Assembly (NCBI GenBank): GCA_003216075.1
Contig: QCJK01000004.1
Coordinates: 63,837-127,836, forward strand
Direction: 5' to 3'
DNA: 64,000 nucleotides
DNA from: Prochlorococcus sp. AG-409-B05
GTDB lineage: Bacteria; Cyanobacteriota; Cyanobacteriia; PCC-6307; Cyanobiaceae
Shown here: positions 30,487 through 39,970 of the stretch, piece after piece
Position numbering within the stretch: the first letter of the stretch is position 1
How the letters are laid out: each line of letters starts with the position of its first letter
Notes under the pieces: model-generated
What the model saw: only the letters and a program-made list of their open reading frames with translations
The model's database searches: none
Told to the model about the DNA's origin: nothing
Program-made: the position numbers and the translations under genes

Positions 30487-32097
30487 CTAGGTAAAAGTTG
30501 TAAGCATCTCAATCTTGTTCTCTAGATAAGAAAGAAAAGGAGAACTTGAAAGATTACTTCCTGAGACCTGTTTTACCAAGGCTTCTGCGTTCATCTTACG
30601 ACCATGCGGGTGAACTTCCTTCCTCAACCAAGAGAGCAAAATCTTCTCTTGCCCAGATCTAATGCATTCTCCTATTGAATCTTGTCCTTCTAATCCAATG
30701 TCCTTAAGCGCTTTGTTCATTGCATTGGACAATTGAGCACTAATTAAATGACCTAGCAAATAAGAAGGGAAATATCCAAATTGTCCCTCACTCCAATGAA
30801 CATCCTGCAAACATCCTTCTCCATCATCTTTAGGTGTAACGCCCAGGAGCTCCCTATAACGCCTATTCCACTCATAAGGTAGGTCTTCAACAGGAAGTCC
30901 CTGTTCTAATAAAGCAATCTCAAGATCTGTTCGAATAAGAATATGCAATCCATAGGTAAGTTCATCTGCCTCAACCCTATTGGCCCCTGGAGTCAAAGGA
31001 TTCATAGCCCTCCATAGCTCTAGGCCTCTATTCAATGGAGCACCAGCTTTTGCAAAATAAGGCCAAAAACGTTCTGAAAATTCATAACTTCGTGCAACCC
31101 TATTCTCCCAAAACAAAGACTGACTTTCATGAAGGGCCATTGATGTTGGTTGCCCTAAAGGCCATCCAAACCAATTAACTCTGTTTAGCGACAAACCCTG
31201 TTCATATAGAGAATGACCCCACTCATGAGCTGTAGCCAGAAAACATGAAAGAGGTTGACCTGAAACAATTCGAGTGGTCAAACGAAAATCCTTAGGTCCA
31301 AGAGTTATAGAAAAAGGATGCGGCGACTTAGCTAGAGCAGTGCTATTTCCATCTCTTCCCCAACAATCAAGTAAATGCTCACAAAGCTCATGCTGTGAGG
31401 CCTCGCTCAAATCCCACTTTGAGGATTGAAAAGGTTCAAGCTCAGTAGCTTGACGAAGAAGTTCAGGAAGACGCCGCCTTAACGGATCAAACAACTCTTT
31501 TAATCTCTTCAAAGTTATATCAGGCTCAAATGGCTGAGCCAAAGTCTCCCAGCAACTTCTATCCTCAGCCAATTGTCTCGCTTGCTCTTTCCTCAAAGAA
31601 ATCAAATTGCTTAAAGCAGGAGCAAACATTGAGAAATCAGACATGGCTCTAGCTTTTTGCCAAAGCTCGTAACCTTCTGCCTTCGAAATAGCCAGTCGAC
31701 CAACTAATTCAGGATCAATTTTTTTCTGACGTTCAAGATCTTGCTTTAGAAGCTCGATATTTCTAGAAAGGTCCGAGACTGTAAATGGCCCTAACTCAGC
31801 CAAGCCTAAAGCTTGACTACATTCAATCTTGGCATCAGTTAAAAGACTCTCAAGCTGAGTACTACTCTGACGAGCATGCAGTTTTTTTGCTAAAAGGCTT
31901 AATTGCTCCCCCCTCCACGAAGCACCCTCTACTGGCATCCTGGTGTTTTGATCCCAATAGAGAGTGCTCTGTATGGAGAGCAAAAGTTGTGTCTCATGGA
32001 GATAATCTCCCAGACGCTTCCATGCAAGCGCAGGCAAAAATCTATCCAGCACTTTTTTAACAGTAAACAGAACTCGACTTAACGCCCAGAGCTCCAT
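30487..32097 (-). CDS. M32 carboxypeptidase (Taq-type zinc metallopeptidase)
   Basis: HEXXH zinc site HEWGHSLYEQG and the family motif DVHWSEGQFGYFPSYLLG. Length about 500+ aa. Confidence 0.85.
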   Translation of the reverse strand: MELWALSRVLFTVKKVLDRFLPALAWKRLGDYLHETQLLLSIQSTLYWDQNTRMPVEGASWRGEQLSLLAKKLHARQSSTQLESLLTDAKIECSQALGLAELGPFTVSDLSRNIELLKQDLERQKKIDPELVGRLAISKAEGYELWQKARAMSDFSMFAPALSNLISLRKEQARQLAEDRSCWETLAQPFEPDITLKRLKELFDPLRRRLPELLRQATELEPFQSSKWDLSEASQHELCEHLLDCWGRDGNSTALAKSPHPFSITLGPKDFRLTTRIVSGQPLSCFLATAHEWGHSLYEQGLSLNRVNWFGWPLGQPTSMALHESQSLFWENRVARSYEFSERFWPYFAKAGAPLNRGLELWRAMNPLTPGANRVEADELTYGLHILIRTDLEIALLEQGLPVEDLPYEWNRRYRELLGVTPKDDGEGCLQDVHWSEGQFGYFPSYLLGHLISAQLSNAMNKALKDIGLEGQDSIGECIRSGQEKILLSWLRKEVHPHGRKMNAEALVKQVSGSNLSSSPFLSYLENKIEMLTTFT

Positions 32098-32481
32098 GTC
32101 ACATCTGTTGGTTTGCTAACCAATCAGAAAAAGCAGCACTGCGATAGTCCTCTTAAGACCGGGCCGCTACTAAGCAAAGTTATTAAGAGATCTTATTTGA
32201 AAATATATAACGGTCTATTGCTTAGCAGAAACAATATTTACTCTTGAATACCCTCATTATCTTTCATCTTTATACTAGTTAATTTTAAATAAAATCACTA
32301 CTGATCAGGCTTCTTAAATAAGGAGTTTTTTGACAAGCTCGGATTAGACCAAATAATGCATTTAATTAAGTTCAACATAAAAGAAATACTCATACATCAT
32401 CCTTGACTGATTTGAATATTTTTCAAAATACAAAAAATACTTTTTAAATAAATTAAAATTATTTGTCTTGATTTTTTTCAA

Positions 32482-32928
32482 ATGGAACAAACCATTTCCG
32501 AACTAATATTCGAAACAAAAGGGCAAGGTTTTACGGATATCACAAATGAAGTGAATACTTGGATAAAGCATAAGGGAATAATAAAAGGAATATTAATCCT
32601 TTATGCTAAGCATACTAGTTGCAGCTTAACCATCAGTGAAAATGCAGATCCAACTGTCTTAAAGGATCTAACTTCATATATTAATGCCCTGGTGCCTGAA
32701 AATAGTTTTTCTTCAATGAAGGGAGATATAGACGTGCATTACTATGCTCATTCTTCCGAAGGACCAGATGACATGCCTGCTCATATAAAGACAGTATTAA
32801 CCAATCCGACCCTAACGCTAAGCATTAATCATTCAAAAGTCGTTTTAGGAACCTGGCAGGCAATTTATCTTTGGGAACATCGATCTTCAAGACATACACG
32901 ATATCTAAACATACATGCGATCACCTAG
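32482..32928 (+). CDS. YjbQ/UPF0047 family protein (secondary thiamine-phosphate synthase-like)
   Basis: HTSCSLTISENADP, the MPAHIK motif and GTWQAIYLWEHR are typical of YjbQ. Confidence 0.8.
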   Translation: MEQTISELIFETKGQGFTDITNEVNTWIKHKGIIKGILILYAKHTSCSLTISENADPTVLKDLTSYINALVPENSFSSMKGDIDVHYYAHSSEGPDDMPAHIKTVLTNPTLTLSINHSKVVLGTWQAIYLWEHRSSRHTRYLNIHAIT

Positions 32929-33136
32929 ATTTTAGCAAAGTTCAATTATAAAAACACAAGAAATATAACATTTTAATTTATCAAAATTGAAAAGAAAAAT
33001 AAATTTCTTTTCTCACTATGAGTCTTAACCCATGCAAATATTAGAAAAGTTGATACTGTAATTATTTAAAGAGTTTAAAGATAAGCTATCTAGATGATTT
33101 ATTTTTAAACTAGTGTCAACCATTCTTTTTAAATCA

Positions 33137-33424
33137 ATGAATCTCAATCCAATAGATCCAGAATTACTTCTATCCATTAAAAATGATCTCCCTGACTGGA
33201 AAATCACAGAAAAGGGAACTTTACATAGAAAATTTACTTTTTCAAATTTCATTGAAGCATTTGGTTTTATGACCAAAGTTGCTATTATCGCCGAATCAAT
33301 AAATCATCATCCTGAATGGAAAAATGTCTATTCGACTGTTAGTATCGACTTGGTAACTCATGATCTGGGAGGACTTAGTGAATTAGATCTTAAATTGGCT
33401 AAGGCAATTAATCAAATCAAATAA
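33137..33424 (+). CDS. Pterin-4a-carbinolamine dehydratase (PCD/DCoH family)
   Basis: F.F.NF..AF.F...VA..AE...HHP.W.NVY..V...L.THD pattern: [44 protein letters not shown]. Confidence 0.85.
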   Translation: MNLNPIDPELLLSIKNDLPDWKITEKGTLHRKFTFSNFIEAFGFMTKVAIIAESINHHPEWKNVYSTVSIDLVTHDLGGLSELDLKLAKAINQIK

Positions 33425-33506
33425 TATCATAGCAAATTGTCATGAATTAACGACTCCTTCACAAGCTAAATTCAATGAGTTTACAGTTCATCCATGAGCA
33501 AAAACA

Positions 33507-34580
33507 ATGAGAAGTAATTCCCCTACAATAATGGACAATCAAGATACATCTGAAGAGTCTCTTGGTATTCCTGTCACAATTATCTCTGGGTTTCTAGGTT
33601 CAGGAAAAACAACGCTTCTAAACCACATTCTAAACAATCAAAAAGGAATCAAAACAGCAGTTCTTGTAAATGAGTTTGGAGAGATAGGAATAGATAATGA
33701 TCTTATCGTGAAAACAAGTGACGATATGATTGAGCTTAACAATGGTTGTATATGTTGCTCTATTAATGGCGAATTACTGGAGGCTGTTCATCGCATTTTA
33801 GAAAAAAAAGATTCAATAGAATATTTAATTATTGAAACGACTGGTTTGGCTGACCCACTTCCAGTGGCAATGACATTTCTTGGTAGCGAGTTAAGAGATC
33901 TTACTCGCCTAGACTCAATAATTACATTAATAGATGCCGATAATTTCAACGAGCAAATTCTCGATAGTGAAGCTGCTCGTGCTCAAATTATTTATGGAGA
34001 TATTCTAATACTAAATAAATGTGACCTGGCTGATGAAAATCGACTTTCTAAAATTGAAAAACAATTACGAGAAATCAAAACCGAAGCAAGGATCTTACGT
34101 TGTAATCATGGCAATATTTCTTTGCCCCTCATAATTAGTGTTGGTCTTTTTCAAACAGATACTCTAACTCTAGAGATGTCAACCAAAGGCCATGACCATG
34201 ACCATGACCATGACCATGACCATGACCATGACCATGACCATGATTCACATATTAAGGAACATAGTCATATAGAAATAGATGGATTCACCTCTGTATCTTT
34301 TAAAAGTAATGGTCCATTTTCATTACGTAAGTTTCAAAATTTTCTTGACAATCAACTATCTCCTGGAGTTTTTAGAGCTAAAGGTATTTTATGGTTTAAC
34401 GAAAGCGAAAAAAGGCATATTTTTCATCTTGCAGGAAAACGCTTTTCCATTGATGACACTGTCTGGGAAGAAAAACCAAAAAATCAAATCGTATTAATTG
34501 GAAAAAATCTAGATCATCAAAAGATTAAACAACAATTACAAGCATGCGTAGCGAAAGATGCAAATAACGAATTCGCATGA
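33507..34580 (+). CDS. COG0523 (CobW/YeiR/ZigA-like) G3E-family metallochaperone GTPase with an internal (His-Asp)n tract
   Basis: P-loop ISGFLGSGKTTLLN, the CxCC metal motif GCICCS, ETTGLADP, NKCDL and a His/Asp-rich linker before the C-terminal domain. Confidence 0.9.
   Translation: MRSNSPTIMDNQDTSEESLGIPVTIISGFLGSGKTTLLNHILNNQKGIKTAVLVNEFGEIGIDNDLIVKTSDDMIELNNGCICCSINGELLEAVHRILEKKDSIEYLIIETTGLADPLPVAMTFLGSELRDLTRLDSIITLIDADNFNEQILDSEAARAQIIYGDILILNKCDLADENRLSKIEKQLREIKTEARILRCNHGNISLPLIISVGLFQTDTLTLEMSTKGHDHDHDHDHDHDHDHDHDSHIKEHSHIEIDGFTSVSFKSNGPFSLRKFQNFLDNQLSPGVFRAKGILWFNESEKRHIFHLAGKRFSIDDTVWEEKPKNQIVLIGKNLDHQKIKQQLQACVAKDANNEFA
34191..34244 (+). repeat. Hexanucleotide microsatellite (CATGAC)8 + CATGAT inside the COG0523 gene, encoding HD repeats
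   Basis: Counted directly from the sequence: eight perfect CATGAC units from 34191, followed by CATGAT. It is in frame (His-Asp dipeptides). Confidence 0.95.
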
Positions 34581-34788
34581 TTTTTTGCTTTGAATTTAAA
34601 AATCACAATTCAAAAGAGCTTGAAATCAATTACAGAAAGGATTCCTCCTTTTGAATAACCCCTTACAAAGCCAATCTCCAGCAAAACTAGCAGCCGAGTA
34701 CAAAAGTTTTTACATTTGCAAAAACTTGATGCTAATACCATCCAAAAACCTGTTTTTTATATAAGGTGGCATTTACTCGGGGTGGACC

Positions 34789-34941
34789 ATGCTCGAACTG
34801 GTTGCTTCTATAGCCTTATTTGCTCTGTTACTGCTTGCTTTTTGGCTAATAGCTGATTCGGATGACGATAATAATGGCGGAGGGCTACCAGAGCCAGCCT
34901 TTATACCTATTCCAATAAGGGGAAATCAAAAACAACCCTAA
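34789..34941 (+). CDS. Candidate 50-aa single-TM small protein
   Basis: My manual translation is MLELVASIALFALLLLAFWLIADSDDDNNGGGLPEPAFIPIPIRGNQKQP: a hydrophobic helix plus an acidic/Pro-rich tail. An 8-bp inverted repeat (34943-34971) follows directly. It is below the ORF-track cutoff. Confidence 0.35.
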   Translation: MLELVASIALFALLLLAFWLIADSDDDNNGGGLPEPAFIPIPIRGNQKQP

Positions 34942-35054
34942 TTTAATTCAAAGAAACTCCCAATGAATTAAGGTAAGACTACCTAGATATAAATTATTTT
35001 TTTAAATGTAATTAAAGACTTCTATATTAAAACAATTTGAAAAGATGAAAAAAA

Positions 35055-36629
35055 ATGTCTCTTTTTCTTATTAACACCCCAAAAACCAAGCGCAGTTATT
35101 CCGCGAGAGCACTTCTAAGTGCTCTCGCCATAGTTGTAGCTGCAATTGCTTTACTTCCCTTAATTGTATTAATAGGAGAAGGATTATATGGACTTCAATC
35201 TGGCTCAATAAATCTAGGTATTGATGGAGCAAGACAAGTTCAAGGTACATTAATTTTATTTTTTTCAACCTCACTCTTAGGAGGTTTTCTTGGTACTGCA
35301 AATGGATGGCTTCTTGCTAATTGTCGTTTCCCTGGAAGAAAAATTCTTAGAATTGCTCAGCTATTGCCTTTAGCCACTCCGGCCTATTTACTATCGGCAA
35401 CACTTATTGACCTTGGAAGCATCAACTCTATAAGAATTTCTGGAATGGAGTGGGCAGTTCTAATCATGGCTCTCACAACATATCCTTACGTTTTTTTATT
35501 AAGCACTGAAAGTTTTGCCAAGTGTGGTCGCCGACAACTTGAAGCTTGTAGAAGCCTAGGAGTAGGACCTTGGAATAGTTTTAGACGAATTGCTCTTCCC
35601 ATGGCGTTGCCTGCTATTGGTGCAGGAATTGCTCTTATGGGAATGGAAGTAGTAAATGAATTGGGAGCTGTTCAACTACTAAATATTCCTAGTATTTCGG
35701 CAGGAATTGTTGAAAACTGGGTTTCAGAAGGGAACCCCTCAGGCGCTATAGGGCTCGCACTCATAGCACTAACTTTAGTGATGACTCTAGTTGCATATGA
35801 ACGTACGCTTCGAAGACGCAGTCGCAGATGGTCAGAAGGTATTGCTGGAGGAGAATCACCTTCATGGGAACTAAAAGGTATCAGAGCAATCCTGGCGCAA
35901 AGCCTTGCATTTTTACCTCCAGCATTCACATTAGGGATTCCTATATTATGGGCCATAATTAATATTGACCAACTTGGGAAAGGATTAGAAATAGACCTTA
36001 TATTCCTAACTATTAGAAGTCTTGGACTTGGAATAGCCGCTTCATTAATTACTGTAGTGGCAGCACTGTTACTTTCTCTAGCAAAAAGATGGAATTCTTC
36101 TAAATGGATGAAGGCACTTGCTTTTTTAGCCGGTATTGGATATGCAATCCCAGGAGTAGTTTTAGCTCTTGCACTTATTACATTTAGCAGCTCATTAATT
36201 CAAGTTGCTCCAATTCTATTTCTTTTATGGGGGTATAGTGATCGGTTTCTAGCTGTTGCGAAAGGAGGCCTGGATGCTGCTTTTGAACGTATTTCACCAA
36301 GTTTAGATGAAGCCGCGACTGGATTTGGATATAAATGGCCAGAAGTTCTAAAGCGCATTCATCTACCACTGCTAAAAGGTCCTTTAGCAGTAGGGTTTCT
36401 ATTGGTCTTTGTTGATACTTTAAAAGAATTACCACTAACATTTGTGCTTAGACCTTTCGATTTTGATACTCTTTCTGTAAGAATATTTCAATACGCTAGT
36501 GATGAACGCATGGCCGAATCACTTCTACCTAGCTTAATAATATTAGGGCTAGGTTTATTAGCTTCCCTAGCATTAATCCCAGGATTAGATCATAAAGAGG
36601 ATGAGTTACTAAGAAAGAAATTACAATAG
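35055..36629 (+). CDS. Two-domain ABC transporter permease of the Fe(3+)/thiamine (FutB/FbpB/ThiP) type
   Basis: 524 aa and about 12 TM segments, with two duplicated permease modules, each with an EAA-like loop (LEACRSLGVGPWNSFRRIALP and LDEAATGFGYKWPEVLKRIHLP). Substrate assignment is inference. Confidence 0.75.
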   Translation: MSLFLINTPKTKRSYSARALLSALAIVVAAIALLPLIVLIGEGLYGLQSGSINLGIDGARQVQGTLILFFSTSLLGGFLGTANGWLLANCRFPGRKILRIAQLLPLATPAYLLSATLIDLGSINSIRISGMEWAVLIMALTTYPYVFLLSTESFAKCGRRQLEACRSLGVGPWNSFRRIALPMALPAIGAGIALMGMEVVNELGAVQLLNIPSISAGIVENWVSEGNPSGAIGLALIALTLVMTLVAYERTLRRRSRRWSEGIAGGESPSWELKGIRAILAQSLAFLPPAFTLGIPILWAIINIDQLGKGLEIDLIFLTIRSLGLGIAASLITVVAALLLSLAKRWNSSKWMKALAFLAGIGYAIPGVVLALALITFSSSLIQVAPILFLLWGYSDRFLAVAKGGLDAAFERISPSLDEAATGFGYKWPEVLKRIHLPLLKGPLAVGFLLVFVDTLKELPLTFVLRPFDFDTLSVRIFQYASDERMAESLLPSLIILGLGLLASLALIPGLDHKEDELLRKKLQ

Positions 36630-36713
36630 ATAAAACTATTAATATATCTATCTGAAACCATTACAATTAAATAGATGAGCTCTCATCATCTTATCTATTG
36701 GGTTCAAATGTAT

Positions 36714-37700
36714 TTATCTAGAATATTCAAAATCAACTGTATTTAGATATTTAGCCAAAAGAAATACCAAAACATCAGCTATTGTAACTACTAATCGATA
36801 ACATAGTAATGCCGCAATCAAGGAGGCCCTTGGAGTAAGAGCTCCTAAACAAAATAACATCACTGCTTCCAAAACCCCAACACCTCCAGGGGCCGCTGGA
36901 ATAATTAATCCTACAATCCAAGAAAAAGAAAAAACTGCCAACCATTGATTTAATGCCAAGCTTGAATCAATCGAAAAAATATTCAAACAACACCAAAATC
37001 CAAGAAATCGAAATAAAACAAATATCATCTCTAAGAGTAAAGGCAACAAAGGATAGAATTGTGCTCCAATGAAGTATTTTTCTTCAAAATCTCCAGATAA
37101 GACTTCAGTCTGAAACTTTTTAATTTGATTTATCTTTGCCCCTTGTAATCGCCTAATCAAAGGTTCTCTCCAACGTTTAAAGAATAATATTGAGGGCGCA
37201 AAACAAAAAACTGATAGTCCAGAGAGCCAACCTCCTAACGGAACAAAAAGAAGTCCTGCAGATAACATTAGGAATGGCTCAAGTACAACCGAAGTCAGGG
37301 AATGTCTTGCCCCTAAGTACGGCTTAAGAGTTCGAACCCTTTCCAGGAAATGCCAAATTCCACCAGGCAGATATTTTAAAATATTACTCTTCAAAAACAA
37401 CGATATAATTGGAATTTTATCAGTCCTATAGTCCATCCATTGCAACAGAGATTTCCAAGCAATTGCATTTATTATGAGGCTAATAACGCTAATAAATATG
37501 CCAATAGCTAACCACAAAAATGAACGTCCACTCAAAGATAAACTTCTCAACTTATCTGCGGAATTAAAAATAGAAAATCCAATAAATAGGAAACATGATA
37601 TTGTAATCACAACTCGAGGATTTATCCAACCAAAATTCCTCTTTAAAGTGGTCGAAACCTTTTGATAAAAATCAGTCAGAATACCATCTAGCATTTCCAA
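36714..37700 (-). CDS. UPF0104 / lysyl-PG-synthase-TM-like (flippase-like) integral membrane protein
   Basis: Polytopic membrane protein with a PGGxG-type motif (IIPAAPGGVGVLEAV) typical of the family. Its start overlaps the upstream LarC-like gene by 13 nt. Confidence 0.6.
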   Translation of the reverse strand: MEMLDGILTDFYQKVSTTLKRNFGWINPRVVITISCFLFIGFSIFNSADKLRSLSLSGRSFLWLAIGIFISVISLIINAIAWKSLLQWMDYRTDKIPIISLFLKSNILKYLPGGIWHFLERVRTLKPYLGARHSLTSVVLEPFLMLSAGLLFVPLGGWLSGLSVFCFAPSILFFKRWREPLIRRLQGAKINQIKKFQTEVLSGDFEEKYFIGAQFYPLLPLLLEMIFVLFRFLGFWCCLNIFSIDSSLALNQWLAVFSFSWIVGLIIPAAPGGVGVLEAVMLFCLGALTPRASLIAALLCYRLVVTIADVLVFLLAKYLNTVDFEYSR

Positions 37701-38920
37701 TCTCCTTCTGGTATAAATTCATTTGATGAGTTCAATACTTCCTGACGCAATAATTCAAGACTTTTACCTGTTTTCTTACTAAGCCTCACAAGATCGTCAT
37801 GTTCGGCTTTTATTGTAAATCGACCATCTGGACGAAGAATTTGTTTTATACCAATTCTCTCATCAAAGATAAGGCAAGATCCTTTGCGTCGTGGCAACAC
37901 CCATCTTCCTTCCAATCTTTCTCTTATGCCAATGGTTGTACCTTTAAGAAACCATGCGATTCGAACTTGAGTGGCATTTTCTGGGAAAACTATTGCTTTA
38001 ACACATGTTCCCTGCCTGGATTTTTTCATTTGAACTGTTTGGCAAATTACATCAATTGCTCCTGCCTCTCTCAAATATTCAAGCAAACTTGCTATGTCTT
38101 CAGGTGTTGCATCATCAATCCATGCCTCTTGTACCAAGACTGACTGCCATTTGATTTCCGCCTTAGACAAATTATCTTGTACACCAAGAGAGTCTTTTAG
38201 TTGAATAATTCGCAAGAAATTTGCGCAATTAAATTCCCGATTACCTAACCCAACTCCAATCTCATCTATATCAAAAAAAGGTGGTGAATTAAAAGAATTA
38301 GATAGTACAGCCATTAATGCTAATCCAGTTGGTGTAGTTAATTCGCCATCAGGGTATTTCTCTCCATTAAAAAGTTTAATCCGATATTTTCTAGCCAATT
38401 CAAGTACTGCTGGAACAGGAACAGGTAAAGTCCCATGCGAAGTATTCACTTTCCCACTACCAGCAGGAGGAGTAGAACAAAACAAATAAGTAGGTTTTAC
38501 ATGCTCTAAAGCAGCACATACGCCAATAATATCTACAAGTGAATCTATTGCACCAACCTCATGAAAATGAACATCATTGATATCAATTCCATGGACTAAG
38601 GATTCAGCCTCAGCAAGAGAATTGAAAACCAAATAAACTTTCTTTTTAAGCGAATCTTTCCAAGAAGAATCAACTATCAATCTTTTTATTTCTAACCATG
38701 TTCGATTTGAAGGAGAATAATCTTTCAGCTCAATAGAAACCTTTTTTCCTCGCAAACCAAAACTTCTTTTCTCTTCAACTCTCAGAGCGTAAGCATTCGC
38801 CAACCCAATAGAATGAAGAGGACTTTCAATAACCTCCTGAGGGACTCCAAGATCCAAGAAGGCTGCTAACAACATATCACCTGCAAGACCAGTAACGCAG
38901 TCAACATACAGAGCAGTCAT
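37688..38920 (-). CDS. larC: LarC-family (DUF111) nickel-insertion/CTP-dependent cyclometallase-like protein
   Basis: N-terminus LYVDCVTGLAGDMLLAAFLDLGVP and HFHEVGAIDSLVDIIG are characteristic of LarC/DUF111. Length 410 aa. Confidence 0.8.
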   Translation of the reverse strand: MTALYVDCVTGLAGDMLLAAFLDLGVPQEVIESPLHSIGLANAYALRVEEKRSFGLRGKKVSIELKDYSPSNRTWLEIKRLIVDSSWKDSLKKKVYLVFNSLAEAESLVHGIDINDVHFHEVGAIDSLVDIIGVCAALEHVKPTYLFCSTPPAGSGKVNTSHGTLPVPVPAVLELARKYRIKLFNGEKYPDGELTTPTGLALMAVLSNSFNSPPFFDIDEIGVGLGNREFNCANFLRIIQLKDSLGVQDNLSKAEIKWQSVLVQEAWIDDATPEDIASLLEYLREAGAIDVICQTVQMKKSRQGTCVKAIVFPENATQVRIAWFLKGTTIGIRERLEGRWVLPRRKGSCLIFDERIGIKQILRPDGRFTIKAEHDDLVRLSKKTGKSLELLRQEVLNSSNEFIPEGDWKC

Positions 38921-39093
38921 TGCTTAACTCTTAAAAAGAAAAGGGGATTAAAAATGAAAAAATTAGATCTAGATCATAGTTTCTATAAACCTAATCCAGA
39001 TCAGATCAAAATGCTTTGGAGTCTTTAAAATAATTTCCAAACTTATTCTGAAATCATAATCTTCAAGACAAGTCAGTCATAGTCATAAAGTAA

Positions 39094-39119
39094 AACTCCT
39101 AACAAGACTTTTAGGAGTT
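39094..39119 (-). terminator. Putative intrinsic terminator of the 39111..39746 gene
   Basis: 9-bp stem AACTCCTAA/TTAGGAGTT with an 8-nt loop. On the minus strand it is followed by a T-run (plus-strand AAAA at 39092-39095). The stop codon lies in the stem. Confidence 0.45.
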
Positions 39120-39746
39120 AGTTTTTTTCCCTTTAGGGCGCTTATTACCTCGATTGATAATAGGCCCAATAATCTCAAAATCTTCTAAATGAAGTTCTTG
39201 TCCTCTTCTACGCACATCAAGGCTAACAAAGCTTCTAAGTGCTTCTACAGGAAGTACTCCCTTTAACTGCAATTTAAACGGAATTTGCCGTTTACCATCA
39301 CTTCGATTCTGCTGACGAACTCTGATTACTATGTCATTGGTTTCTAGCCGAGAATAAATCAACTCTCCCCTAATAGAAAAGTAATCATCACCTTCAGGAA
39401 GAACATCTATAAATGGATGGATCTCATCTACTGAGTGATTTAAATTAGAAGTACTTTTAGATAAAGAACTTGGCTCCCATACCCCTGCAATTTGCAAGTG
39501 GAGATGATCTATTTCTCGACTCCTAGGGTAAACAACCCAAAGATGAGGCTTATCCATCATCAAATGACGTCGCATCAAGGTCAAAACACGTCCAAGCACA
39601 ACTGCGTCTAATACAGTCCCCTCTGCATCCTCTAATCGACCACGAGTGAAATGATCAGCATCTACAGGACTATATATCCCTCTTACAACACCTATTGCTC
39701 GAAATTGCCTAGGCTCACTAACCTGGGGAATTGGATGGTCTCTCAT
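39111..39746 (-). CDS. Hypothetical protein with a basic C-terminal tail
   Basis: 211-aa ORF. Two beta-rich halves with similar patterning and a C-terminal NRGNKRPKGKKTNS tail. No family recognised. Confidence 0.6.
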   Translation of the reverse strand: MRDHPIPQVSEPRQFRAIGVVRGIYSPVDADHFTRGRLEDAEGTVLDAVVLGRVLTLMRRHLMMDKPHLWVVYPRSREIDHLHLQIAGVWEPSSLSKSTSNLNHSVDEIHPFIDVLPEGDDYFSIRGELIYSRLETNDIVIRVRQQNRSDGKRQIPFKLQLKGVLPVEALRSFVSLDVRRRGQELHLEDFEIIGPIINRGNKRPKGKKTNS

Positions 39747-39970
39747 CTATAAAAGGGGGTATAAATCAACCCATTTATTAATCTAGCTAAATAGCGGAAC
39801 TTCTATGGAGTATTTAAATAAATTGCTTAAAATGCAACCAAGTTAAATAAAATAGAAATTTATATTCAAAGATGTTGAAAATTTAATCTTTTATAAGCTT
39901 AATGTATCTAGAAAAGTTTTTTCCTATACATTACTGCGATCAAAAGGCAACATAAATTCGATTTCAACCC

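Noticed and set aside
32411-32427. TTTGAA-N5-TTCAAA inverted repeat upstream of yjbQ, considered as a possible Zur/Fur-type operator for the metal-themed cluster.
   Set aside because: The arms are only 6 bp, it lies in extremely AT-rich DNA, and it does not resemble the Fur/Zur consensus (GATAATGATAATCATTATC-like). The evidence is insufficient.
33025-33276. 83-aa minus-strand ORF.
   Set aside because: It overlaps the well-supported pterin-4a-carbinolamine dehydratase gene in antisense and has a low-complexity AT-rich translation.
34191-34244. Tandem repeat as a possible CRISPR or other non-coding array.
   Set aside because: The unit is only 6 nt with no spacers, and it is in frame inside the COG0523 gene (HD dipeptides). 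It is a coding microsatellite.
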